A stretch of DNA of 63,902 nt, filler included, from Octopus bimaculoides (Eukaryota), in the NCBI RefSeq assembly GCF_001194135.2. It is 4 parts of 4 records of this genome, joined end to end, with 100 filler letters (N's around TTAATTAATTAA, not from the genome) between each part and the next. Parts side by side here need not be neighbours in the genome. Positions count along the whole stretch, not along the records: positions 1 to 31,713 come from NC_068998.1; 3 more parts are not named here. One strand, 5' to 3'. This document shows positions 12,103 to 25,130 of this stretch, in pieces. Every line of letters starts with the position of its first letter. Within the stretch, counting starts at the first letter, position 1. The notes below the pieces were generated by a model. It saw nothing but the letters and a program-made list of their open reading frames with translations. It had not been told where the DNA came from and did no database searches. Both the position numbers and the translations under genes were made by a program.

Positions 12103-12679
12103 TATAAAAGGAAAACATAATTAACGTAACTAAGTTGAAACAATGTTTCAGGTCGATGCTGTATATCATTTTTCACAGATCGATAAGTTAAAAGTACCTG
12201 TGTGTGTGTGTGCGAGTGTGCGCGCGCGAACTATGATATATACAATATGTATATATTACATCTACTCGGATTGTGATCGATACAGTCAACAATAGCCCAG
12301 TAAATTATTAATAATTTCTGATATGGTACAAGGCCAGCAATTTTGAGGGGAAGGGCTAGTCGAAGCCACAGATCCTTGTACATGACTGGTAGATTTGTTG
12401 TTTTATAGATTGCGGAGGGGGTAAAGGACAAAGTTGACCGCGATGGGAAATGAACTCAGAAAGGTGAAAACGAAGTGACTCTTACGACCAATACAAGCAG
12501 ACGAACCGGAAGCATAACTCATATTCGAAAGAGAGGGAAAGAGAGAGAAAGAGGGACAGAGAAAGATAGAAAGAGAGAGAAGGACAAACACTGCAGCGCC
12601 CTCACAGGCGTGTAATACGACTAATTCCTCCCCCGCCTCTCTCTCTCTCTCCAATGATTTGTTTCTCGTTTATTATTTT

Positions 12680-13230
12680 TTTTACTTGTTTCACTGATTG
12701 GACTGTGGCCATGCTGGAGCACCGTCTCGATCAATCCTAGTACTTGTGTCATTTTTAAAGCCTGGTACTTATTATATCGGTTTCTTTTCCCCGAACTGGT
12801 AAGTTACAGGGAACGTAAACAAACCAGCACCGGTTGTCAGGCGGTGATGGGGAACAAACACAAGCACACACACATAGATATATATATATNNNNNNNNNNN
12901 NNNNNNNNNNNNNNNNNNNNNNNNNNNNNNNNNNNNNNNNNNNNNNNNNNNNNNNNNNNNNNNNNNNNNNNNNNNNNNNNNNNNNNNNNNNNNNNNNNNN
13001 NNNNNNNNNNNNNNNNNNNNNNNNNNNNNNNNNNNNNNNNNNNNNNNNNNNNNNNNNNNNNNNNNNNNNNNNNNNNNNNNNNNNNNNNNNNNNNNNNNNN
13101 GCATACGATGGGTTTCTTTCAGTTTCCGTCCACCGAATTCGCTCGTAAGTCTTTGGTCAGCCCGAAGCTATCGTAGCAAACACTTGACCGCGACGCCGCG
13201 CATGGGATTGAACCCGGAACCATGTGGTTG
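12680..13230 (-). mobile_element. SINE family A copy spanning an N gap, CpG-rich
   Basis: The reverse complement of the head (GGGATTGAACCCGGAACCATGTGGTTG) and tail (TTTCACTGATTGGACTGTGGCCATGCTGGAGCACCG) flank the gap. Confidence 0.8.
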
Positions 13231-14060
13231 TCACACTTCATTTTATATTTTCTTTTTCTCTTTTCCTCCTCGTTTGTAACTTTTCCATTCAGTTTTCTCT
13301 CGTCTCAGTTTCTCTCTCTCTCTCTCTTTCTTCTCCACCCAATTCTTCTAACGTCTTTTTCTTTATTTCTTCTCCGTAAGCACACACACACACATACTCT
13401 CTTTCCTTCTCCCTCCTAGTTTTCTTACTCTCACCACCCTCGTTCTCTTACATTTTTATCAACCCTTTCTAACTGCAATCCTCTTTTTCTACCTCCTTCT
13501 CCGTCTGTCTTTTTTACCTTTTCTTTCTTCCTCCCCTCTACCTCTCGCTAATACTGACATACGATCTTATTCTCCTTTTCCCCCTCTATATTTTCTCTGC
13601 TATCACCACCCTCTTTATTTCTTGTTCACTCTCTCCTTATCTCTTTCTTTTTATATACGACCATCTCTCCTCTATCAATTCTCTCTTTCTCCCTTGCTAA
13701 GCCTCTCCGCATCTTTGTACCTCTCTCTCTCTCTGTCTCACTAAACCTCAATGCATCTCTATACCTCTTTCACTCTCTTACTAACTCCCCTTGTGTCTCT
13801 ATACCTCTCACCACTCCCTCTCTCACAATCAGTTTATCTGTAGCTCTATATCTCTCATTTTCTCTCTTTCCCTCTATCACTCTTTCTCTACCACTCCATC
13901 ATACAGCTGTACACCTCTTCCTATTTCCCTCTATCACTTTCTCTACACCTCTCACCCTCGCTCTATACCACTCTGCCTTACACCTCTACTCCCCTCTATC
14001 ATTAACTCTTTCTTTATAGCACACTCCCTCTTACTATCCCTTCACTCACACTCTTACCTT
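13230..14060 (+). promoter_or_regulatory. ~830-bp pyrimidine-rich (CT) tract directly upstream of the NHE start codon; probable promoter/5'UTR region
   Basis: Strongly C/T-skewed, non-periodic sequence ending ~30 bp before the ATG. The function is inferred from position only. Confidence 0.35.
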
Positions 14061-14091
14061 CATTCAAAGGGGGTGTTTTCACTACTTTAAC

Positions 14092-14392
14092 ATGGCGACA
14101 CTCTCTAACATGATTCTGCTGCGTTGTTCTTGGCATTTAGTGTTGCACGTCGTCTTCTGGTGGTTTCTGCTGGCCGTTATTCCTAGCAGCATGGCCATGG
14201 TGACCAATGTACCAAACGAATCACCATCCATAGAAGCCCAAGAAGAGGCTTACGTTACCTTCCGACACAAAACGGACAGTCTTACCATTCTCATGCTTCT
14301 CACTTTACTATTACTCACAATTTTGACCATTTGGTTGTTTAAGCACAGACGTTTTCGATTCGTGCACGAAACTGGACTTTCTATGATATACG
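14092..14392 (+). CDS. SLC9A6/7/9: First coding exon of an endosomal/organellar Na+/H+ exchanger (NHE6/7/9 family); 100 codons plus a phase-1 intron
   Basis: Translation is [35 protein letters not shown]...[44 protein letters not shown]. The motif [28 protein letters not shown] is the hallmark N-terminal TM region of NHE6/7/9. A hydrophobic signal-peptide-like N-terminus precedes it. A canonical donor G|GTGAGT at 14393 splits the Gly codon, at the position I recall for vertebrate SLC9A6/7 exon 1. The ORF-track extension to 14442 is intronic read-through. Confidence 0.95.
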
Positions 14393-14504
14393 GTGAGTAC
14401 TACAAGAATCATTCGTCTGCTGGACGAGAGCTTTTACTCTAATATATTCTATACATAACGTAATTTAAATACATAAACACACATCCTATATGTGTATATA
14501 TATA

Positions 14505-14550
14505 CTGTCTATCTATCTATCGATCTATCTCTATCTATTTATCTGTCTCT

Positions 14551-14595
<45 letters not shown>

Positions 14596-14642
14596 CGTTT
14601 ATCTATCTAGCTATACATCTATCTATCTAGCTATCCATCTAG

Positions 14643-14677
<35 letters not shown>
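14505..14677. repeat. (ATCT)n tetranucleotide tract at the start of NHE intron 1
   Basis: Read directly from the sequence. Other GATA/ATCT arrays lie at 4325-4505, 16760-16810, 48120-48335 and 61630-61705. Confidence 0.9.
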
Positions 14678-14678
<1 letters not shown>

Positions 14679-15055
14679 GCCTCTCGATCGTTATTTATTG
14701 TTTACTTCATGTGTAAAAAACCCCTCCCCTCCGATCTATATCGCACTGTCAGACTTGGGTATGGTTTGCATTTGTGTGTATGTGTATTTACTATTATATA
14801 TGTCGATGATGTTATGAGCACTAACTTCTCATATAGTCATCCATCCATCCACATATCGATCTGTTTTTAACCTCTTCTCAGCCTATATGTCGCTATCAGA
14901 TCAGAATATTTATTGATATGTATGTATGTATGTATATTTCTTAATAGTACTGTACAATATAAAGGGTCAATATATATATATATTACAAACTGTCTATATA
15001 TGTAGTGACAGTTTTGAAAATGTGTATATGTATTACAAACAATCAAGATGTGTGC

Positions 15056-15112
<57 letters not shown>

Positions 15113-15272
15113 AATAATCAATATGTGTGTATATATATATATTATATAGTTTGTAATGTATATAATCGCATATCGATTTCCATTCAACCTCTCACTTGCC
15201 TGTATGTCGCTATCAGAATATTTATGTAATAATATAATAATATATTGACAAAAGTGTACTCCCTGTGTGTGC

Positions 15273-15317
<45 letters not shown>

Positions 15318-16762
15318 TGTAGTTTGCCTTTGTATCTCTGTGTGTATCATACTCGCACCCATACACACACATAATCTTGAACCAAATCTTGTTCCCCGAC
15401 TATCAAGTTATGTAAGTATTTAATCATCATTTATAAATTAGGCGAAATGTTTGACGACCCTGCATGGAATGAAGCCAACATGTTTGTGTAAATATGATCG
15501 TCTTGGCATAAATGTGTGTGTGTGTATGAAAGTGTGTACATGTGTATAAATTGTATGTGTTACTGTTGAAATTCCTGTGTGTGTATGGTTAAAAACAAAA
15601 ACAAACAGTAACAATAATTTTCCTCCTCAGTCGTTTTCTGCTGGAAAAGCGATTGAACTGTAGCTTCGATATCAGATATTGGATTGTCATTAAGGCTGTT
15701 GTTATGAATGCTGCTGCTGCTGTTGTTGTTTATAGCTCCATGTCAACCCCTTCCTCCAGCGAACTGAGCACATCTATGATCGACGTTCCAGCCATGATCT
15801 TCCCGCCTTATTTTCAGACACTCTATTCAGGGACTATACATTTTCGTTGTTTAGGACGGTAGTGTGTTTTTTTTAAGGAGATTCGGCTGCTATTTCTTGC
15901 TGAGGATGATCCCGTAGAAACTTCGTTCGGACTTTTGTAGTGGTCGTTTAACTTCTGGTCATGCTTGCCTGAGCGGATCTCTGATCAAGTGCTTCCAACC
16001 ATGACAATCTTTTAGAGGTATGAAGGGACTAAACCATCCAATGTTTCTTTTTTCCCCACTCTTTGTCAAGACGAAAGGATGCCACTGGAGAGAGATTGAT
16101 CTTGTTTCGAACAGATCGAGTAACCGGATAGAAGCTCCTTTCATTCGTTCACAATAGTTTGAGTAGTTAAATTAGTTGCTACAGTGGTTGTTGTTGTTGC
16201 TGCAGTGGTAGTTGTGAGTCGTGTTGTGTTGTCATAATTTCTTCGGGCATTTTACCCAACGAAATCAAATGCCGTTGTGTTCAACTTCGCCTTTCATCCT
16301 TTCGGGTTCGAGTCAAGTGCAAGGGTTGATGGCATCGACAAACCACCTCCCCTGAAAACTGCTAGCCTTGTACCTAAATCAGAATTTATCAGTTTAGTCC
16401 CGGTTTAGTCTCTAATCGAGCAGATGTATGCACGTATTATCAGACATTCCAGCCTGTCTTTTTCACTTCATCTTTTTTCCCCCTCCCTTAAAGAAAGCAG
16501 GGTGAGTGACTGGAGGGAGAACCGGCTGCTGTTTCTAACTAGCGTAGCTTGTTTGTACTGGTTGTTGGTGTTTCAGCTTGTTATGCTTGTAGCTGTGGCT
16601 GTTAATATAATAGTGTTGCTAACGATGTATGTTGTGACTAGACTCTTGGTTTGTTTATATCCACTGCTTCAGATAGAGGTATGAAGGCCTCTCGTTCGAT
16701 TTTTATAGTCCACTCATTTCTCTCACCCTTCTCTAGACAACTTATGTCTCATGCTCTTACAA

Positions 16763-16811
<49 letters not shown>

Positions 16812-16968
16812 CTATGTGTGTGTGTACACGCATATATGTACACACACAAATAATAGACATGCAGATGCACATATATATATATAAACATTTACGTGCATAA
16901 ATATATGCATTTGTGCACATTTACGTACATAAATATATGCATATATGCACTAATAAGAATGCGTGTAT

Positions 16969-17065
<97 letters not shown>

Positions 17066-17581
17066 TGCGCATGTATATCTGTTTAAGACCTGTAACATCG
17101 TTAATGAGGTGAGGGATTGAGACAGTGCGTTGAGCTCGAATCGTCGTACATTCGCACATTCCAGAATCTACCATTGCGACCAAGTCTCAATATACGAATT
17201 AAACGAAACAAACAAACAAATATAAAAAAATAAATGGAAACTAAGCATTTATTTGTGAGCAAGAATATGATTAATAACTTGTTAAAGGGAGAGGAAAAGG
17301 ACAAATAAGAGATTGAGAGGGATGGAGAGAGAGAGAGAGAGAGTGATTGCCAGACACAGACGGAGGTGGGAGAGGGTGGAGGGAATTAGCGCAGAATTCT
17401 CTAGAAAGTTCAGGATTTTATGCAAAACTTATCTTGCGAAAACTTGTTCCCAGCTTCACATCTTGCCACGAGTCATTATTCAGGGAGACAGAGGTGCCAT
17501 CAGTGTTCGTTAGTTTATCTGGGATCACTTCAATGATTTTATTTTGCTAACGCTAATGTACCGTATAAGTGTGTGTTTATG

Positions 17582-17629
<48 letters not shown>

Positions 17630-18935
17630 TACACATATATATACACACACACATATATATATATATACACACATATATATATAATGTGTGTGTGTGTGTT
17701 TGTAGCTTTGATCGATTGAGCGATCGAACGTTTCTAGCCTATCACTAAGGTTGATTGTTTTATTGATCTAGGTTGTTGGTAGTGGTTTTGTTTAGCCACA
17801 GGTTAGTCCTGATTAAGCAGGCTTATGATCAAAGGCGTTCTAATCGTGAACATCCCATATTGTTAGTATTATCATTATTTTGTTTGTTTTACTTTCTAAA
17901 CACATTATACCTTTAGCGCAGTAATTATCCGATCGATGTACCCTTCCAACCTGTATGACTATAGGATACGGTTTGTGAGAGATTTGGTTGCGGTATCTAG
18001 CAGATCGAGTGTCTGCATGGAGGTTACTTACTCTAGGTGCCCTTTATTTAAGAAGTTAAGATATGATTTGGTCATTACGCAGAAGCTTCCTTGTTGGTTT
18101 GAGTTGCTAAGGTTAGTGTTTAACTCCAAGTCAGTCTCGATCAAATTGTCCTCTGCTCAGGACAGTACGGCGTAATTTGACGGAGATGTGCCTGCTATTT
18201 CTAATATGTCGAACGACCACGTAGAGGCTCCCTTGGTGGCTGGTCCTTTGTCGAGGTAGTTGTTTACCACCCCACCCCCCAGATCAGCCGCAATCGAATG
18301 CGTTCCAACTATGACCATCCGTCCATCCTGTCTTTCTGTGTACAAGCGATCACATCGTCCAATGTAGGGTTTTGGCTGTTTTTTCTAGCATGTTGATTGG
18401 CCTCATTGAAACTCGCTTATTCACATATGGGAGGGATCCCTTCTCGTTAGTTCGAGACCTGAACTGGGACGGGGTGAAAATTTTAAAAATCAGTACAGCA
18501 TTCTTTGCGAGATTTGAACGTGGAACGACGGGACATCCAACGCCAACCAAATTACAGTGACGCATTTTTTTAACTTCCACGTTCCATTTAATTTACAATG
18601 GATTTCTTTCTTTCTTGCTTTTTTTCTCTTTCGATTTATATTTCATATATTGAAATAGACATTGAGTTTATTTCTTATTGCGCTATTACTAACTCCGCTA
18701 ACTACTGCATACTTAGATTAAAACAAACACCACCCTCTATACGAGGGTGGGGCGGAACTTGAGCTACCGCTTATGGCTAATTGCACTTGCTTTAATTGTT
18801 GTTGCTGTGTCCCAAGTCACCTCCGATTCAACAGACCTTTGATAAAAGGCGTTCCGGCCATGACAGTCCATTGCAAATCTAAGACTACTTTTATTCAATA
18901 TGTCCTGCCTTTTTCCAGATGGAAGGGTGTGATGC

Positions 18936-19093
18936 TAGGTATGGGAAACCTTTTTCGAGTAATGGGCTCGGCACGAGACCTGGATTATTCTCAGGCGGGC
19001 CGCATTGCTTAAAAAAAAAAAAAGCGATCATGTTTATTTTTCGATGGGCGTACCATTCGTAAATCCCGGCGGACAGCAGGTTGCCCATAGCTG
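18936..19093. mobile_element. Short hAT-like MITE
   Basis: Imperfect TIRs TAGGTATGGGAAACCT / AGGTTGCCCATAGCTG with an internal GCGGGCCGCA motif typical of hAT-Charlie/Blackjack MITEs. No clean 8-bp TSD. Confidence 0.45.
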
Positions 19094-19980
19094 ATGTGTG
19101 TAATGCGAGGAAGATTTTTGCTTTTAACTGCCAAAAACATAGTCATACTTTTTCTTCCTAATCCGATCCTACACTTCGTTACGCTTACCTCACACTCACT
19201 GGTTCGTGTTGTTCGTCCTGTGATGTCTCATTTCCGTTGTCCTTGTGGCAAAAGAAAAAAAAAAAAGTCCCAATTATTTGAACAGTATATAATTCTCACT
19301 TCACTTCTTGTTTCAAATCCTGCCAGCGTCTGACTTTGCCTTGGACTAGCAGTAGTTGCTATGCCGGGTGGATTTGGTAGGAGTCGATGTATCCGTAATA
19401 ATTTTTCTTACAAATTTTTTCTCGGCTGGTGCCAGAGCAAGAAATCCTAATTGTTGTCATAACGAACGTCGTAATAGTCATCGACGTCATAATCAACGTT
19501 GTAATCATCATAAATCATTGTCATAAGGAACGTCATCGCTGTCATAATCATCGTTCTCGGTACTATTGTCATCGTAACCATCGTCGTCGTAACCAACGAC
19601 TTGGTAATAATCGTTATCATAACCATCATTATAATCATCGTCATCATAATCATTAATTATCATTATCATCGTCATCATAATCACGATCGTCATTATCATC
19701 ATTAATAAGCAATTATCATAAACATCGCTATATATATATACATATATATATAATATTTATAAATATAATTAAGGGATCAGCAAATATTTGCTTCACCATA
19801 TACTGAAGTTCAGAAATAGCAGCTAAAAAAGCTGAGAATTATATTTATAAATATATATGAGCTTTTAAATAAGTTCTCCACCAATAATGGTGCTTTCATA
19901 CCGATGGGCTTGGTAAAAATTGTTAATTGTTAATTGATTTATTAATTAATAAATTGATAACCTTTACCCTTTTAATTTGT

Positions 19981-20018
<38 letters not shown>

Positions 20019-20456
20019 TGGGGGTTGGTAGTGAGTAGGGGTCAAATATTTGCTTTGCTGAAATTCTATTTTTGCACAATTAAGTTGGAAGAATTTTCTC
20101 TCCTTATCCTTTTCCGTATGTCTGTTTTCAGCATCCAATTCCGTTGCATTGCATCGCATCGCATTGCATTGCATTTCAGTTCAGTTCTTTTACTTCTGTC
20201 TCCAGACGTCTATGATGTCAGTCACATAGCATCATCATTAACAGCTATGCTACTCCGATGCCATCACCGTTCTGCCGTAGTCTCTCTTTTTCTCCCCCCC
20301 CCCCGCCTTTCTTCTTTTTCTTCTTCTTCTTCTTTACATTTCACCGCCGAAGGACTCGGAGGGGTTAGTTGACATTTGAAGAGATGGAACTCGCCACATA
20401 CTAATACACACTCGCAAACATATATGCATGTGAGTGTGTGTGTGCGCGCGCCTATG

Positions 20457-20495
<39 letters not shown>

Positions 20496-20571
20496 TATGT
20501 ATATATAATATATATATGTATGTGTGCATATATATGCATATATATTTCTCTGTATATGTGTGTATGTATGC

Positions 20572-20620
<49 letters not shown>

Positions 20621-21194
20621 NNNNNNNNNNTTATTTTTTGCATTAATATGAGTCCAAATTTGTTTCCACCTTGCTTCCAGGCATCGTCTTTTTTTTTTTT
20701 TTTTTTTTTTTGGGAATGAGCATGTGTTCTGTATGTATGTAAATGTATGTGTTTATATACGTAAGGGTGTGTATGTATGTCTGGCTATATATTTTCATGC
20801 TATATCTACATCTTTCTCCCACGTATACTCTGAATTAAAATACAAAATTCTTTAGAAATTATAAAACGTTCCAGCTCAAAACTAGAATTTGCGAAAGATG
20901 AGATTGGGAAATTGGATTTAGCGATGTGCTTGCTCCTGATACACACGCACGCACGCAAGCGCGCGCGCACATATATTTATATCAAATGCATTAACGATGT
21001 TCATGTGAACTTAAGAACAAAGAAAATACCGATTTTTCGATAGAATACCAAATTTTTCGTTTGTGTAATTCCATATGTACGTTTGCATTATCCATGCATG
21101 CATGGGTAATGCGCACCCACATAAACTCATTCATACATCTACATTTAATATACACACAGACATGCGTGCACACCCGGAAGCTGGAATGCGTGCA

Positions 21195-21230
<36 letters not shown>

Positions 21231-23442
21231 CCCATTCTCACATGCATATGTCCGCATGTTTGCACTCTCCACGTATACAAGTTGGTATCCATGTGTGTGT
21301 GTGTGTGTGTGTGTGTATACATACTTGTATACATACCTTTGTAAACATATGCACACTTGCTTACATACCCCAGACATACCCCCACAAACCCAAGCATACT
21401 CCATATATCTGCAAGTATGTGTATGTATATATGGCAATATGTAACACTACACACGCTTTTCAATTATGGAACTATCAATTTGTAAAGCCCATGACCTACC
21501 TACCTACCTACCTACCTAATCAACCCCCCTATCTATCTACCTGTCTAATCCGCCCACCAACATCTGTGCATTAAATATTAGCTTTAATATTTTCTGTAAA
21601 AGAATTTTTTTTTAATGTATTTTTCGCTTAAAATTTTAAATCTTAACAAAACATTTACTCTTTCCCCACCGCCCCCTCATCGTTTTAGTTTGCTTTTTTT
21701 CTCCACCCCTTTTTGTTTTTGTATTCTTCTCAATTTCTTTTACTGTTTTTTTTTTTAATCTCTCACTCTCATTTCTACATTTCTTCTGTGTAAATATATA
21801 AAATATTAAGATAGTTATTTTGGTGCATTTACAAAAAAGATAAAAACCCATTTATTATTACCTGTTCAGTTTTCTTCTACTTTTTCTTATAACTTCCCTC
21901 TTTCTATATCTTACTCTTTCTTCTTCCCTTTTTCTGCCTGTCTCTCACTCTTGGCATAGTCTTATCTCTCTCTCCCTCTGTCTGTCTCGTTGTCTCTCTC
22001 TCTCTCTCTCTCTTCATGACTAAGTCATTCTGACTTCGCTCTTATTCCAGTAGAATTTATTTCTGCACCACCGTGTCGATAGACTCTTATTACAAAAAAA
22101 GTATTTCGATAAAATAGGCAAAACGACTGTTTTCGGCTTAATTGATGTGTTCCCCTCTCTCTCAACACACACACACACACACACACATCCCGCCCTTCCA
22201 TATTCGCGGCATAGTGCCCATTACATCATTATTACGAAAGACTGAACGGGCCGGAGGTATAAACGGCTGAATGGCTGGTGGTGTATCGCTGATACTTATT
22301 TTCTTAACTAACCTTGAAATAGCAGCCAAATCTCTCGCAAACCACACCCAAGAAGACTCAGGTTAATGTAGTTCTAGATATATGATGCTGAGAGAAAATA
22401 AATAAATAAGAAGACTGAATGATGACATCTGTAATATCTCGGGTCATAGGTCAATTTGTTCGACTAAAAGCGGTGCTCCAGCATGGCTGCAGCCAAATGA
22501 CTGAAACAAGTACAAAAATAAAAGAATATCTGTGGAGTACTCAGCCAATTGCACGTTAATTTCATGAGCAGGTTGTTCCATTGATCGGATCAGCTGCAAC
22601 CCTTGTCATTTTAACCAATGGAGTGCCAGTTATCCAGTATTTTTATGGAAGCACACAGCTTAGTGGTTAGGGTGTTGGACTCATGATCTCAGGATTATGG
22701 TTTCAATTCCTGGACTGGGCGATGCATTGTATTCTTGAGCAAAACACTTCATTTCACATTGCTCCAGTCCACTCAGCTGGCAAAAGTGAGTAATAGAGTG
22801 AAGTTATGACAAGCCTGGCAAGCTGCTGATGGACAGTGGACCAGACTAAAAATCAAACAGAAGGGAACTTCTTGACTGGCTGGCCATAAGCCAACCCTAA
22901 TGCTGGCTATTACTCTTTTAATATCCCATATTTTTTTAGTTAAACTTGAGACTAGATTATCCAGTGGGTTGATTCTGTTTTTAAGATGACAGAGTAGGAT
23001 TTGTGAGAGATTTGGCTGCTGTTTCTAACAGATGAAACATCTGTTCAAATTTGCTTTGTAGATCACTCGTCAACAGTGATGCAATAGCACTGCTAACACA
23101 GTAGAACATGGTATTGACTTATAAAAACGTTAAATATACTTTGTAGCATATTGTGGTTGCATAACGAAACACCATGTCCTTACAAGTCATTGATCTCTTT
23201 TTGGATTTCATATCTCACTGAGATTGACTTAACTTCAATCCCTTATGAGGGCTGCTAAAATATATTGAGTCCTTTTCTGGAGTTAATTCAATCAGCTTTA
23301 TTCATTTTCTATTAATCGTTGCTCTTCTGTCGATATGTTTTACTTAGCAAAGATTAATATTGATTTTGAACATGGTCACCAGTTGACATATTGGGGAAAG
23401 GGAAAAGGAGTACAGTTGATAATGTAAACTACCATGTATTAT

Positions 23443-23474
<32 letters not shown>

Positions 23475-24699
23475 TCCTTCATGGCTTAGTCAAGAGATTG
23501 AGCTGTGTCTTTGACCTTGGTAGATCCCCCAGAGACTAATGAAATCAATGCACTTTATGTTCAGATTTGTAAGTCAATGTCTGCAGAAAAATTAACAACA
23601 ACAAAAAACCAGAAACATTATTAGTTGGTTGAATAAGTCTATAGAGGCTCCTTTGATTGTTGTTGTTGTTGTTGTTGTGTAATCTCAGGTCAGTGTTCTA
23701 ATCAAAGACAGCTATGATAAAAGATGTTCTAGTTGCGACCATCCTATCTTTAAATTTTTTTTTGTGTGTTTCTTATTTTTTTAAAATTTTCTTTTCCAGA
23801 AATAGCATGTCAATGTAGGGTATGCAATGCTTAATAGAGTTAAACACCTCTGCATTGCATAATTAAAACGCTATTAAGTGATGTAGAAGACCGTGTTAGA
23901 GCTCACTACTAAGTGAGCAAACGCCAAAAGAAACCCTGTTACATGGTAACAATGGGTGGAGGGATGAATGCTTGCTTGGAATTGTCAGCATCTTTTGGCC
24001 AGTCCCTATAGAGTCTACTCTCACACTCATTCTCACCTGTTCTTACCTGGGAGAAAGAACTGTGCTTCCTCAAGTGAGTGTTGCTAGCATCTTGCAAATG
24101 TAGCAATATGTAAAAATACTCTTACAAACAGCATTCATGGTTATCTTCATGTGCAACGCTTCAAGTGGAATATTAACGGCATCTATCTTACCAATATATG
24201 GCAACAGAAATGTGATGACAAAAGAGTTAAACAGAAAAGGAGAATGCATTAAATAATATAGACTGTGGTGAAATGATTTTGGTCATAGGTCAACTCAGTC
24301 AGGGCTGTCCCTGGGTCTAAACGACCTTATAGAAAGTACATTTCCTCTTCTAAATTAATTCATTTGAGAAAAAAAAACCATCTCACGTGACACACCTAGT
24401 TACATGTCACTGCATAATATCATCTTATCTCTTTGAATATTTTACATTATTCCTAACATAAGGGTGGTAGTTTGGCTGAATCAGTAGAAAGGAAAATAAA
24501 ATATCTAGCGATATTGTTTCATTTTATGTTCTGAGTTCAAATCCTGTAGAGGTTGATTTTTGCCTTTTATCTTCCCAGAGTGGTCAAAATGAAATACTTT
24601 TTAGTCGCTGGTATTTATGATTGTATCAGTATATTGACTATGCAATTGTTGATTCTATTGTAGTTATAAAAAGTGGCATCTTCTTTACCGTTCCATCGG

Positions 24700-25130
24700 T
24701 CTGGCACTGCCCTCTTCTATCTCTGTGGCTGTTGAGAATCAAACAGTGTGAATAGTTTCTTCTTTGTTCTTGCCATTGTTGGGTGATGTGTTTAGTACTG
24801 TAACTGGAAAATAGTACTTTCTTTGGTATAGTACCTTCACAGTTTGGTAGAACCTGTCAGGGCATATTTCTGGCCATACTTCAATGTCATGTGGACCAAG
24901 GCCACCTCCACACCTTGTCGAGATAGTGTGATTGAACTTTTTGGAAGTAACTGACCAGATCTTCCTCCAAAATTTGTGATTTTCTTACATCATATGTAAA
25001 CAAACGTAAGTTAGTTTCTGTCAGTGGTTGCTGACAGATTTTTCTGCTCTTAAAGGATTTTGTTCTATCAGTATTTATGCATTGAAAAATATATCTTTCT
25101 ACTTGTGATTTTGTGTTTACGTCAGTAATC
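24700..25130 (-). mobile_element. Highly decayed RTE-like LINE C-terminal remnant
   Basis: QILEEDLVSYFQKVQSHYLDKVWRW... resembles the ISNEELW...RRWRWLGH region of RTE elements. It is frameshifted. Confidence 0.35.

Noticed and set aside
14393-14442. C-terminal extension [15 protein letters not shown] of ORF 14092..14442
   Set aside because: It lies past the canonical GTGAGT donor at the conserved intron position, so it is intronic read-through.
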